From: Paecilomyces variotii
Lineage: Eukaryota
Length of the DNA stretch: 64,000 bases
Assembly (NCBI GenBank): GCA_004022145.1
Contig: RCNU01000016.1
Reading direction: 5' to 3' (one strand)
The notes below the pieces were generated by a model. It was not told the DNA's origin. It searched no databases and was given only the letters and a program-made list of their open reading frames with translations. Made by a program: the position numbers and the translations under genes. Shown here in pieces: positions 39,702 through 52,780 of this stretch (within the stretch, counting starts at the first letter, position 1; each line of letters begins with the position of its first letter).

Positions 39702-40425
39702 TTAACCCTCTAGGGGTTGTGAGGCGGCCTCATCCGTCGAGGGCTTCTCCCATGGCTTCCGTCTTTTCTCCCGCGTGCTTGGTGCCTCTTGGCCAGTCAA
39801 TACTGTATCTGGGATCTCTTGGATGCCAGGCACTGGTTGTCCGGTGGTTATGAGCTCGACTATATGCGCGAAAGAGGAAGGATATGCAGGCTCAACGCTA
39901 GTTGTTCCGTCTGGTTTTGATTCGATTCCTGCCTGCGAAGATGACGCCGCCTCTGCTTTCTGTGGAACCTCATCCTGTGATTTGCTGCCCTGCTCCTGAG
40001 CCTCGTTAGGCGACTGTGCAGACGCCGACGCAGACGCAGACGTCGACCTCAACCAGTTTCTATACACTGAAAAATCAAGAGGCGGTGTCAGATTCTCCTT
40101 CCTGCCAAAAAAGTAATATATCAGTAAGCATCTAGTCCGTCGCCGTTCACATCCGATTATAGCCTTTGCATAAGAAGATCTCCACAAGACTAGGCTAGAG
40201 TAGAAAGCGGACTCACCTCGAGAAGTAGAAGCATTTAGCCTGCAGCACCAGGTCATCTTCACGATTGATCTCCTCATCCGTGGCAGACGTCTCGGGATGA
40301 CCGAGAATAACCGCGAGGCCCTTTCTAAACTCGAGATCGGTCGAGAATGGATATGCTTTCAATTCATTAAAGCGTGATTCCAGTGTAGTCGTACCCGTCG
40401 TAACGGGCGTTGCTGGAGATGCCAT
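39702..40425 (-). CDS. pex39: PEX39-like protein (C6orf226/Yjr012c type): N-terminal helical domain plus C-terminal KPWE motif, 2 exons
   Basis: AYPFSTDLEFRKGLAVIL..LQAKCFYFSR | KENL..SFAHIVELITTGQPVPGIQEIPD..RRKPWEK. Family recognised from memory of the motif pattern. Confidence 0.72.
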
Positions 40426-41168
40426 TTCAGCCTGCCGTGTTGTGTGTGTGTGACACGGAATAATAATAAAAAGAGGACGAAGAAGAAGAAGAAGCTATAT
40501 CGATCGATATAAAAAGGAGAACGAAAAGAAATCAACGCAACGAACTAAGTACTTGGTGGGTATCACAACAAAAAGAACGAACCTCGTTTTGCATGTGAGT
40601 TGTGCGGAGTCCTTTAAATCGATTCTAGGTAGATAGGTAAGTGATTAGGTACTCTAAGCTCGGGAGCGGGACACTGAGTGGAGGGGTTAAGACCATGACG
40701 TAGCAGACGACGCTACTCGAAGTATTAATATTACTTATAGTGTCTATCGTTAAGTCTTGGTAGTTAGAGTATGGATATATGTACCTTGGTAATGGTATAG
40801 GAGGGGGTAAATTATTGTAATAGTTTATCTGGCTTTTGGTGCGCTGGATGCTGATATGAGGGGTTTCTTGATGATTATGTTAAGCCAACTAGGTACTACT
40901 ACTTAAAACCACCAAATGCATACTTAATATATCCAGACAGAGGGACAATATCCCATTACCACTTCCTTGACAGGATAGATCTCAACAAAATACTGCAGAA
41001 AATAATGCTAACAATGACTTCGCGACTGTACATTTTTCCTTTTCATGCATAGTTAAGTAGGTTTGTAACTAGTGTACACACATTTTCCGAGTTCTTGCGC
41101 GCCGACACAATCCGACCAGGAGCGCCTATTTTTCATTATTTCCAATAAACTCCGATAAAATCCATTTT

Positions 41169-42654
41169 TCATGACATTGAGACATCCTCCTTCTTTTCTG
41201 ACCTAATGTGGCCACTCTGGCAACCAGGGCAATTGTGCACAACCTCATGAGCAAATAGATCACAATCAATGCAGAAATGATTTCCGCAGGCTGTACATTC
41301 GTAACGGCTGCTCACACTCATCCCTTTGGTATGAGCGTGGTTCTCCGTGACCAGCCATTGATCCTCAGGCGGAACCGGGGGAAAGTTGACGCCGCATGAA
41401 AAGCAATTAGAGCTCTTCGAGGCGTTCTGCCAGGGTACCTCAACCCAATTCATAAGTGGGAATAGATGATGGTATGATCGAGCAAGATGGGTGGAGAGAA
41501 TGAGTGTAAGACCACATGCTGGGCATTCTGCGGGTAGGCTACAGATTTTGCTGTTGCATCTGGAACATAGATATCCTCCACGCGAGGGCTTGGAATGGCA
41601 AGCACACAAAGACGGAGCTGATTCAACCGTACGGGATGGAAATCCCATCATCAATAGGGAACTAGCAGCCTGTTTCTGGGAATGCTGGACAGGTGGTGTT
41701 GTCACTTCCATCATCAACTCGCGGAAATGTTGCTCGTTAAGTGCAACCCCATACACTGTATCATCTCCGCTATTAGTTTTCGCACAGAGTACACGGCATA
41801 TCGCAACCTGTGCTGCGAGTCCGACCACGGCTACTCGTATCTTATCGTTTATAAGCGTGTTTATCGTTTGGTGGATGTCCCCAGGATCCGAGGAAAGGAG
41901 GGCACCAAAGACGATCAGCACTTCTCGCGTTCCGTGTTTGGGGGTGTGGCTTTAGTGAATTAGCATCAAACTCAGGATATTGCACAAATGGAGCTCAGAT
42001 GACATACAATAGTGCACCGCGGGCCATCTCAAGCCCATTCTGAAGACTGGGCAGCCCTTTTGGGTCCTGCGCTCTGAGGCGTTGTAGGGCGCTGATATGT
42101 TCTGTGGGATTCCCGCTCAAGTCGCTGATTCTGACTGCCAGACCATCCCTCATACCCAAGATACCGAGCTGGGAGATAGGGTTCTGTTCAAAGAATTCCA
42201 CGACGAACTCCTGCGCATATCGAATCATAAGGAGGTAGCGCGTAGGCCGGAGGTCCTTCTCAGCCATGGCCTGCGAGAGATCCAAGAGTAATATCAAATG
42301 CCGAATGATACCTCGCTGCAGTGGAGTCGTATCTCTGAGCAGCCTGTAAGGAAATCCCAGTTCAGCACCATCACTCTCGATCTCTGGCTTCTACTCTTGA
42401 CGGAGGAGCTCCATTAGACGCAGCCTGCTCGGCCAAGCTCACCTCTTCCTTTTCCCAGCTTCTAATAAGCCTTCCACCGTCGAGCTGATAGTCCCATCTG
42501 CACCTTCTACCAGCGTTTCCCATGTTCTTGAGACTTCCCACTCCGCGCCTCCTCGTTGTCTTTTTCTCGAACGGGTGTCGCGCGACACCTGATGGGAGCC
42601 CACCTCCTCATCGTCTGTGATCTCTCCGATATATTCCTCATCGGAATCGGCCAT
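41169..42654 (-). CDS. ssl1: TFIIH subunit Ssl1/p44
   Basis: vWA-like LLDLSQAMAEKDLRPTR, FFEQNPISQLG, PSLQNGLEMA; zinc modules CSRC..CPAC..HLARSYHHLFPL and CIDCDLFAHEVVHNCPGC. Confidence 0.95.
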
Positions 42655-43132
42655 GATTTCTGTAGCAGTGCTGGCCACGACCGTTGGCGAAAAAATAGGT
42701 CCTTGCTGGGTCGGGCGAAGTGCGGCTGTCGGAGATGATAGGCAAGGCCCAAGCTCCCTCGGAGCTCCCTTTCTCCCTTGCTCTGCTCTTTTTTTTTTTC
42801 GAGTCTCTTCGCAAGACGAGACAGCTCGTGAATCGATAAAATCGTCGCCAGATATCCCGCCCACTAGCCACGCACCAGGGTCGCAGCAGATGTGGGCTGT
42901 CCGGTCACGAAGAAGTGTAGCCAAGGGACTCCAGCGCGGACTGAGCGCTGATGTTGTTCGTTGTCATGCAACCCATCAAAGCGTCCCGCCAACCTCCCGC
43001 CGGCTCCCCTCCTTCCCCTCCCTCGCGCCCCGCCATATAGCTCCTCTGCATTCTCGCGCATCTTTTCGTCTTATTCCGGTCTCCTTTGGAAATACTCCCA
43101 CGGTGAGACGCTGCTCCTACGAATCACGCACA

Positions 43133-46100
43133 ATGGTTGCACAGGATAGAGAGACGCTGCCGGACGTGTGAGTGGAACTTGATGGATATCCATAGCTACA
43201 TAATCACGCGAGAGATCCTGGAGCTCTAATACACTACCAGGGCAAAGCCAATTCACTATGACCTGTCACTTTTTGACCTGGAATTCGGCGGATCGTGGAG
43301 CTACAAGGGTGTTGTCAAGATCGATCTCGATGTCACTAAGCCTACCAAGCAGATCGTGCTGAACTCCAAGGAAATCGATGTACAGAGCGCCGAGATCCTT
43401 GCTAAGGATGGTAAGTGAACATCACAGCTGTGTATTGTTCTCGTTTGCCCTTTTCATACACAAAGTTCTCCTTTCGCACCCCTGGAACTGAGTGCTGATA
43501 CGGAATTTGACAATAGGATCCGCGTCGGCCAAGGCTTCCCAAATTACCTACGATAAGAAGTCGGAGCGTGTTGCGCTCGAATTCCCCAACGAGATAGCTC
43601 CTTCGAAGACGGTTCTGAAGATTGATTTCACTGGAACAATGAACAGCGCGATGGCCGGATTCTATAGGTCGAAGTACAAGCCAGTTGCAACCCCGGCCGC
43701 CGACACGCCAAAGGAGGGCGACTTCTATTACATGCTGAGCACTCAGTTCGAGTCGTGCGATGCTAGAAGAGCTTTCCCCTGTTTTGATGAACCGAATCTG
43801 AAAGCAACATTTGACTTTGAGCTCGAGGTCCCCAAGGAACAGGTTGCTCTCAGCAACATGCCCGTCAAATCGGTACGGGATGGAAACAAGCCTGGTCTGA
43901 AGTTCGTCTCTTTCGATAGAACGCCCATCATGAGCACCTATGTCAGTATATCTCGTTATACCGTACTTAAGAGCTCATGCTAACTGCGCAGTCTAGCTAC
44001 TTGCTTGGGCAGTTGGTGATTTCGAATATGTCGAAGCTTTCACGCAGCGTAAATATAAGGGTGCCAGTATTCCTGTGCGAGTATACACGACGAGGGGCCT
44101 CAAGGACCAGGCTCGCTTCGCCTTGGAGTGCGCTCACCGAACAGTGGACTATTTCTCTGAGGTTTTCGAGATCGAGTACCCCCTCCCCAAGGCGGACTTG
44201 CTTGCGGTCCACGAATTCGTAAGTATCACACATCGCTAGGATATACCTGCAATGCGTGCCTATTCTTGTTTTTCCTTAACTCGATTGCTGCTGACATTCC
44301 TTATGGCTAGGCCATGGGTGCAATGGAAAACTGGGGTCTCGTGACCTATCGTACAACCGCCGTCTTGTTCGATGAGGCCAAGTCTGACGCTAGATACAAA
44401 AACCGCATTGCCTACGTCGTTGCACACGGTAAATCTTATCTCACATTGAGGCTATGCAGCTCGACACTGACTGACTACGATCAGAATTGGCACACCAATG
44501 GTTCGGAAACCTCGTGACGATGGATTGGTGGAATGAGCTCTGGCTGAATGAAGGATTCGCGACCTGGGTCGGTTGGCTTGCCGTCGATCACTTCTATCCG
44601 GGTAAGATTTCCACATCCACATAACGGTAGACACATCCTAACGCCATGAACAGAATGGAATATCTGGTCTCAGTTTGTCGTACGAAGCTCTCGAGGTATT
44701 TCCCAAGACTTTCGAATATATGTTGACATTTGCACAGGCTGAGGGTGTTCAACAAGCCTTCCAACTCGACTCGCTGCGCGCTTCCCACCCCATCGAAGTA
44801 CCCGTGAGAAACGCTCTTGAGGTCGACCAGATTTTTGACCATATCAGCTATCTTAAGGGAAGCTCGGTTATCCGCATGTTGAGCAGCCATCTTGGAAAGG
44901 ATGTCTTCCTTCGCGGTGTGGCCGATTACCTTAAATCTCATGCATACGGTGAGATACTCTTGGTTCCGTGGAGGAGATTGCATTCTGACCTCTGTGTAAC
45001 AGGAAATGCTACCACCAATGACCTTTGGTCGGCTCTCAGCAAGGCCTCTGGCCAGGATGTCACAAGTTTCATGGCGAGTCTAGAATCGCCCCGTTGTCGA
45101 TCGTTCCGTTTATTAACATCTTCCAGGACCCATGGATCCGTAAGATTGGTTTCCCCGTGGTTACAGTCGCAGAGGAACCTAGCCAGATTGGAATCCAGCA
45201 GAAGAGGTTCTTGTCTACCGGTGACGTGAAGCCGGAAGAAGACGAGACCGTCTGGTGGATTCCTCTGGGAATCAAATCTGGCCCCAAATTGCAAAAGGAA
45301 GACCCCCGTTCCTTGGTCGCCAAGACCTCTACCGTTAAGGACATTGATGCAGACTTCTACAAACTCAACAAGGACCAGTCGGGCTTCTACAGAACCAACT
45401 ACCCTCCTGCTCGCTTGGCCAAGCTTGGACAGTCTCTTGACTTGCTGAGCACGGAAGACAAGATCGGCTTGGTCGGAGATGCTGCCGCCCTGGCTGTGTC
45501 GGGAGAGGGCACTACAGCTGCTCTGCTGGGTTTGCTCGAGAACTTCCGAGAAGAGCAGAACTACTTGTAAGTGTCGTTAATACCTTCGCCGATCTTCATT
45601 GTTGCTAAAGCATATCGTCCAGGGTCTGGCAGCAGCTTTCAACGTCTCTCGCAAACATGAGATCTGTATTTTCCGGAGACAAGGAGACGGCTGCGGCCCT
45701 GAAGAGGTTCACATTGAAACTGGTGTCTCCTACTGCTGAAAAGCTGGGTTGGGAATTCAAGCCCGACGAGGACTACCTTACGGGTCAACTTCGGAAGCTG
45801 GTGCTCTCGTCGGCAGGAACTGCAGGACACGAAAGGCAAGTAGGCTCCATGAAGCGATGCTTCTCTCATGCGGCGTAACTAACTATGACATTAGCATTGT
45901 TGCTGAAGCCAAGCGGCGCTTCCAGCTGTGGGCTACGGGCAAGGACCGCAACGCCATCCATCCCAACCTTAGATCGACCATCTTCAGCATCAATGTGAGA
46001 GAAGGAGGCCGCGAGGAGTACGAGGCGGTTAAGGAAGAATATCTGCGGACCGACTCTGTCGATGGCAAGGAGATCTGCCTAGCGTCGCTTGGTCGTACGA

Positions 46101-46489
46101 AGAACCCTGAGCTTGTCAAGGATTACTTGGACTTTGTCTTCTCCGATAAGGTTCCTGTCCAGGATATCCACAACGGAGCCGTGTCCCTGGCAGCGAACTC
46201 TGAAGTCCGACACCTGCTGTGGGATTATATGAAGTCCAACTGGGACGCAGTGGCACAGCGTCTGTCTGCGAACAATGTGGTGTTTGAACGGTTTGTGCGC
46301 ATGGGCCTGTCGAAATTCGCCGACGCTGCGATCGGAGAGGATATCAAGTCTTTCTTCAAGGACAAGGACACCAGTGCCTACGAACGGGCTCTGGTGATTG
46401 TGTCTGACACCATCCGGACCAACTCGCGATACCGGGAGAGGGACGAGAAGCTGGCGCTGCAGTGGTTGCAGGCACACGGATACGCGTAA
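43133..46489 (+). CDS. M1-family (puromycin-sensitive/Ape2-like) aminopeptidase, many exons; possible upstream in-frame start at 42890
   Basis: [53 protein letters not shown] (HEXXH..E, split by an intron), [11 protein letters not shown]. Confidence 0.95.
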
Positions 46490-47261
46490 GCCACATAACT
46501 ACAATAGGCCGTTTCACCAGGTTCGGAAGCCAAGCGTTGCAGTTGGGCGCAGCAGACATACATTGATATCTAGAGCCACGCGATAATGAGATGCAAGTCT
46601 AACCCAACTGAAGTGAGAGAGAGAGAGAGTCTAGGGTCTCCCCTTTTCCCCGCATCTGTAGGCTTCGAGAGTAGCTCCTTAGTCGTGGTAGTAACTAGTT
46701 GTTGCTGTAATAGTTGTAATAGTAATATATAATACTAGTAACAGTGGTAAGACAGGACCCAGAAACCGCTGCATCGCGCCAGTCACCTGAGGCCACCTGG
46801 GATCTTGCGGTCAGCAACGCATGACTCTGTGTCGCTCATGGCAGACGCCCGGTGCAGCTGATTGCTACATTGGTCACTAGGTAATTAATTGATTTTATCT
46901 ATGATATGATATGATATGATATCTATCTCCAGGGTCGAGCTCGATCCACTGATCCAGGGCTGTTGGGGGCTAGACTGCATCGGGCGCTAGCCGTCCAGCG
47001 TTTGGTTTCGCCCGCTCATCCAGTGACCGCCCAAGTCAGAAGAGAGTTGCACGCCGTGCTCTCCTGCTCTCCTGCACTACTGAGCAACGCAACCTTACCG
47101 TTCATATCGCCCCTTCGAATCGATACTCTACTATCCTCCAGCATCGCTCTCCCACCGGTGTTGATATCCAGAGTCTCCGGTCCCGTAGTCCTGCCTCTTG
47201 TTCTGACTCCCTCGACCGTTTCTTCCCCACCCCGTCCAACGCCAACCCGTCTTCGTTCATC

Positions 47262-48291
47262 ATGAATCCCGAGTGGTAAGTGCCTCTGGCGCCGTAAACG
47301 CTGTCGTTACGACATTCAGCCATCTGGTTACCACTTCTTCAAGACCGATCTATCACGCTAACCACGCCTCTGATTGTGTAGAGTACCTTTCTGCCACCTC
47401 ATCCTCTCGACTTGGCGTCGCGTCGTTCTTCGAAATCCCACGTCTCTCGCCCGCATTGGTCGGGGATACTAATCAGTAACTCGTTCCAGATACGATTATC
47501 TCTTTAAGCTCCTCCTCATCGGAGACTCCGGTGTCGGAAAGTCTTGTCTTCTGCTGCGTTTTGCTGACGACACATACACGGAGAGTTACATATCTACCAT
47601 CGGTGTCGACTTCGTATGCATTCCCTCCCTCGAACCTGTGCCTGAGGACTTATGCTATCGGGGGGGCGGTGAGATGGTGCTGACGGGGTGACTTGCTCTA
47701 GAAAATCCGGACCATCGAGCTCGATGGAAAGACAGTGAAGCTGCAGATTGTATGTGCCTCAAAATATCTAGATTCTATGCTTCTGCTTGGGCTAACGGCG
47801 ATACAGTGGGACACCGCCGGTCAGGAGCGTTTCCGAACCATCACTTCCTCTTACTACCGTGGCGCTCACGGTATCTGCGTCGTTTACGATGTGACGGACA
47901 TGGACTCTTTCAACAACGTCAAGCAATGGCTGCAGGAGATTGACCGCTACGCCACCGAGGGCGTCAACAAGCTCCTCGTCGGAAACAAGAGCGATATGGA
48001 GGACAAGAAGGTCGTGGAGTACACTGTCGCCAAGGTTCGTCTCCTCCATACAGAGAACGATCTTTTGCGTGAATGCTCATCCGTTTTGTCTTGCAGGAAT
48101 TCGCCGACAGCCTTGGAATCCCCTTCCTCGAGACCTCCGCCAAGAGCGCTTCCAACGTCGAGCAGGCTTTCTTGACTATGGCCAGACAGATCAAGGAGAG
48201 AATGGGCACTACGACCGTCAACAACAAGCCCACCGTCCAGGTCGGCCAGGGTCAGGGCGTCCAGTCCGGGTCCGCTAGCGGCTGCTGTTAA
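47262..48291 (+). CDS. ypt1: Rab1/Ypt1 small GTPase; complex (nested) first intron
   Basis: [63 protein letters not shown] (C-terminal CC prenylation motif). Confidence 0.97.
47273..47489 (+). other. Nested spliceosomal twin intron (stwintron): internal intron 47276-47381 splits the external donor GTG|AGT
   Basis: Internal intron: GTAAGT..GCTAAC(47357)..TAG(47381). Its removal joins GTG(47273-5) to AGT(47382-4), giving GTGAGT. External branch TACTAAT(47467), acceptor CAG(47489). Confidence 0.82.
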
Positions 48292-49324
48292 ACGAGACGA
48301 TCTTTGCTGTTGTATTGCCCAGTTTGGCGTGAAGTTTGCATCATGAACAAGGCTTTTCAAGGGGTACATTGTGTAGTCGTGCTGGACAGACTCATCGGGC
48401 TAATTTTCTTTTCTGTCTGTCCCGTTGATGGGTGTGGTCCAGGTGACGGTGGTGGGAACTGCCTGCACGACTGTCCTTCGCTGGCTGGAGATCGGCTTCT
48501 TGTGACCTGTTTTTTTTTTTTTTTTCCCCTTTTCGCCGTGCTCTAGATGGCCCGCGGTTCATCCCTATTATCCTTTTCTTCTATCTGCTTTATGTTGCTA
48601 GTGTTTTATGTTTTGTCGACCCATGCCACCATTTTTTATCTCTCACCATCATCACCCACCATCACCACGTCTGTAGGTTGGATTCGTTGCTTCTTTTCAT
48701 ATTTCGTTGAATATGGTTAATGGCAAGAATGCAATCAAATCTCGAGACTGTCTAAACCGTGTGGTGCTGGTGGGTTGGATCTCTTCTAGGGAGATGACGA
48801 CCCGATGTTTGTAGCAGGTAGACCGCTGAAGTATACGTGCGGGACTTTGCGATCTTTCGTTGGAACCTCGATATCGATGGGGTTATTTGTGCAATACTAT
48901 CGTATTTCTCGAAGTTTGCATGGTTGGTTCGTATCGCGATCGTGGATGGCTCATTATCTGGTAATGCTCCAGAATAAGTATACACATGGGATGTTTACGA
49001 CATAGTTACTCTTCTCATGCTTGAACTGCTTCTATGGCTTCTATAGCAAGCACTAAATAGAAAAAATCATCGACGTCACGGTCGGAAAGATCTCGAGTTA
49101 ATAACTAATAATATGCATGGATAATCACGGTCCAGATCAGGGGTCTAACTAAGTTACCCTAACGGACACTAGACTCACGATACGAATAATCGGAAACTCT
49201 TGTCCTTCACGTTTACAGGTAAAAAGTGCCTCGGCTAGTAGCGCCCCAGACTACTAGTAGATCAATTGTTTTAGGTAGTATTACCATTCTCGGTTCACAT
49301 GTCAGTACAAGTGAGAACCTACCA

Positions 49325-49456
<132 letters not shown>

Positions 49457-50084
49457 GATTATCCACTGGAAAACCCGAATACACACACTACAACTTGAAG
49501 CCTACCTAGTTATATTCATTATTGGTGTTGTAGGTCAGGGCAGCGTCAGAACGGCGGTAGATGAGACCAATAAGTTCCCGGCCAAAGGTCAATATCAGCA
49601 GAAATAGTGACTATCTAGATAGATAGTTAGACGTGGAATTCAAGCTTCTTGATTTCAACCATCGACTCTTTCTGCCCTCTTTGCGCGCTGATCTCGCAGC
49701 GTTAAGTAACTGTTCCCCGGACGAGCCGAGGCAGAAGCAGGCCAAGAACGTCAGTTATATCGGCCGGTACGAACTGACTCCTCGTGGCCGCCGGAGGATT
49801 CTCGCGCTCCCCCCGGCATTGATTCGTCCCAGCGAGAGATCGCCCGGGCGGTCGGTTGTATGAAGGGGCCTTCTGATACTTTTAACATCTTGCTCGGATC
49901 TCTCCTTTCCCTCGGATCCCTTCCCTGCTGACTTACTTATTTGCCGTTCTGTAACTATTCAGACTGTCGCAGTGCAGTTGACCGTCCGTCCGCTCCTTTC
50001 TCCACGCTTTCCGTCCACGCGAACGCCTCCGCTTCATCCGCCTAGCCATCGATTTGCTTATCCTTGCGAGAAACCATCTTCAAT

Positions 50085-51178
50085 ATGTCTCAGTCTACTG
50101 TGGAGCAGCAGAAGAGGTCTGTTGCGGCAGCTGCTGCTGCTGCGCAGCAAACTGACAACATCACCCATGCTCTGGCTGGTGCCGGAGGTGGAATCTTGTC
50201 TATGGTTTTGACGTGCGTTGACCCTCGTCAGCAGCAGTTTGATTAAGCGGCGGCCATTGACACATATTTGGACAGTTATCCTCTCATCACCCTATCGACT
50301 AGGGCGCAGGTCGAGTCGAAGCGCGCCCAATCGACGACGCTGGATGCCGTTCGCCGCATTGTCCAACGGGAGGGAATTAGCGGACTCTATGCAGGCCTTG
50401 AGTCCGCCTTGTTTGGCATCAGTGTGACCAACTTTGTATACTACTACTGGTACGAATGGACCAGAGCCGCCTTTGAGAAGGCAGCCATAAAGGCGGGTCG
50501 GGCTTCGAAGAAGCTCACGACCGTTGAGTCCATGATCGCTGGCGCACTTGCGGGAAGTGCAACAGTCCTCCTCACGAACCCAATCTGGGTCGTCAACACG
50601 CGGATGACAACGCGGAAGAATGAATCCGAGGAGGCTCTGCCTGGCGCGGGTCCCAAGAAGTCCCGTTCGACGCTCCAGACCCTGCGGGATCTCCTCCGCG
50701 AGGAAGGTCCCCGGGCATTGTTCTCTGGCGTCCTCCCCGCCCTCATCCTGGTGATCAATCCTATCCTCCAGTACACTATCTTCGAGCAGTTGAAGAACAT
50801 AGTGGAGCGTCGCAGACGGGTGACGCCCAAGGATGCGTTCTACCTTGGTGCTTTGGGCAAGATCCTGGCCACTACGATTACGTACCCGTACATCACGCTC
50901 AAGAGCCGGATGCACGTTGCCAGCAGGGATGGCCCTAAGGAGACTCTGAACGGCACCTTTAAGAAGATTATCCAGGACGAGGGTTATGCTGGACTCTACA
51001 AGGGTGAGTCATACCAGTATCATTCTATTTCCTTTACACGTGACTTATCTATATTATAGGTATCGGTCCCAAGGTCAGCCAGAGCGCCATCACTGCTGCT
51101 TTCCTGTTTGCCTTCAAGGATATTATTTATAATGCGATAGTTCTCGCCCGCAAGCCGAAGCGCGCTCTCCAGAAATAA
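50085..51178 (+). CDS. pmp47: Peroxisomal carrier PMP47/PMP34 (SLC25A17-like, mitochondrial carrier family), 3 exons
   Basis: HALAGAGGGILSMVLTYPLITLSTRAQ, TNPIWVVNTR, ALILVINPILQYTIFEQLK, TYPYITLKSR, GLYKGIGPKVSQS: three carrier repeats with PMP47-like deviations from PX[DE]XX[KR]. Confidence 0.85.
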
Positions 51179-52780
51179 ACGAAGAGACCTGGTCTCAGTG
51201 CATGCTTGGAAGTGCATATCTGGAGAAACGCAGCTGCGGCTCTTTGATACTAAAGTCTTCTCTCCATCTATAGTTATGGCGTCGGCTAGACTACATGCAT
51301 ACCCCTCGGTATAGTCTAGTCTCAGTGAAGTACTATAAGTGTTGCTAGGCCTTTAATAGGCTTTTGCTATAACAATGGTGAAGAACGACCTAATTCTGCA
51401 TTACGGTCAAAAGTAAGTGATTTGGTGGGAAAGTTGGGCTCTATATCAATCACAAGTATACTGTTACCGACCGGCCGATGATGGACTTTCTTCTGAATAT
51501 CTCCTGCATGAACTACAGACAATTCCTTAATATTGAACTATAGCTGAGAACTAAGTTTCTTTTCTATTAGTTCATGATCTATAATAGTGGGTGTAGATGT
51601 CCATAGGATATTCCCTTGCAGATGCATAAGCATAATTGGTCTTGGTGTGGGGTAACTAATTCATGTAATTACCCACCTTAGTTACATGAGCGTTCTATGA
51701 ATATAGATCGCACTAAATTCCCTAATGTAGCCTTTCTTCTTTGATCTATATCTAGTGGAAATGGAAATAGGTAGCTGATGCTGTTTATTCCACACCATTT
51801 TAGGTAACTATGGGGTAGTAGTGGCGCGTTACAGCTCAGCTGGCAATAAAGGACTTGGGTGCCGACAGGACGACATAGTACAGTGATTTGAATCAGCTGA
51901 GATCTCACATTTACCTCAAAAGAAAAGTGAGAGATAATCTCAAATGAACTCCAGCGTCATCCTAGGGTTCGCCCACTATCTAGTTATATACTCGAGTAGG
52001 TTTAACGCACAGACGTTTGCCGATAAGAGCGATAGATAGCAAGGTCACCTGATGACAAGACGCGACAGGCATTTAGTTACTCCTTAACTAAGCACTTAAC
52101 GCCCCGGAAAGGACGCGCGCGTTGTTCGTCGATCTATCCAAGTCCACCCTCAAGTCCAACTCCTCGTCCAGTCTGCTTCAAGCGACGTTGTTAAATCACC
52201 GCATTGCTAGCTTCCTGATGAGCAAGCTATGCGTGATTTGAATTCGAGTCCAAAAAGTTATGACGTGTGTTCGGCTTTCTTCCTAGTGAATTGATCGATC
52301 GATCGATCTTCCCCGCATGTGATATCTGGTGTGGTAAATTTCACTTCATTCACTTTGGTTTGTGGCTTTTCATTCTGGTAATTGTGGAAGTTGACGGGAA
52401 ATTCCGATTTAGGTATTCATTCAACGAGCCCTTTCACTTGCGCCAATCGTGTTTGGTTCGGATTTCACCTCGATTGTTCGAATGAGCGCTGCTTAGAGCC
52501 GGACTCTTTTCGTATCTATATATATATATATATGGTGAATGGTGGATGCTTGGGGGCCTGGGTGGATATTCGCAAGACTCTACTCGTTTTGATAGCTGGG
52601 TGAAAAGCGAACTTATCACTTCACGCTGTGTCGGTGATCGGTTTCTATCTGTCACTTTGACTTGGGACTGCGACATCCGACGACTGTTGGACTGACTGGA
52701 AACCCCTCTCGAGGTACGGTGATATTCACTGCTCAGAAGAGAGGGTGGTACTTAAAGGCATCTCTTCGGTGGGCCTTTCT

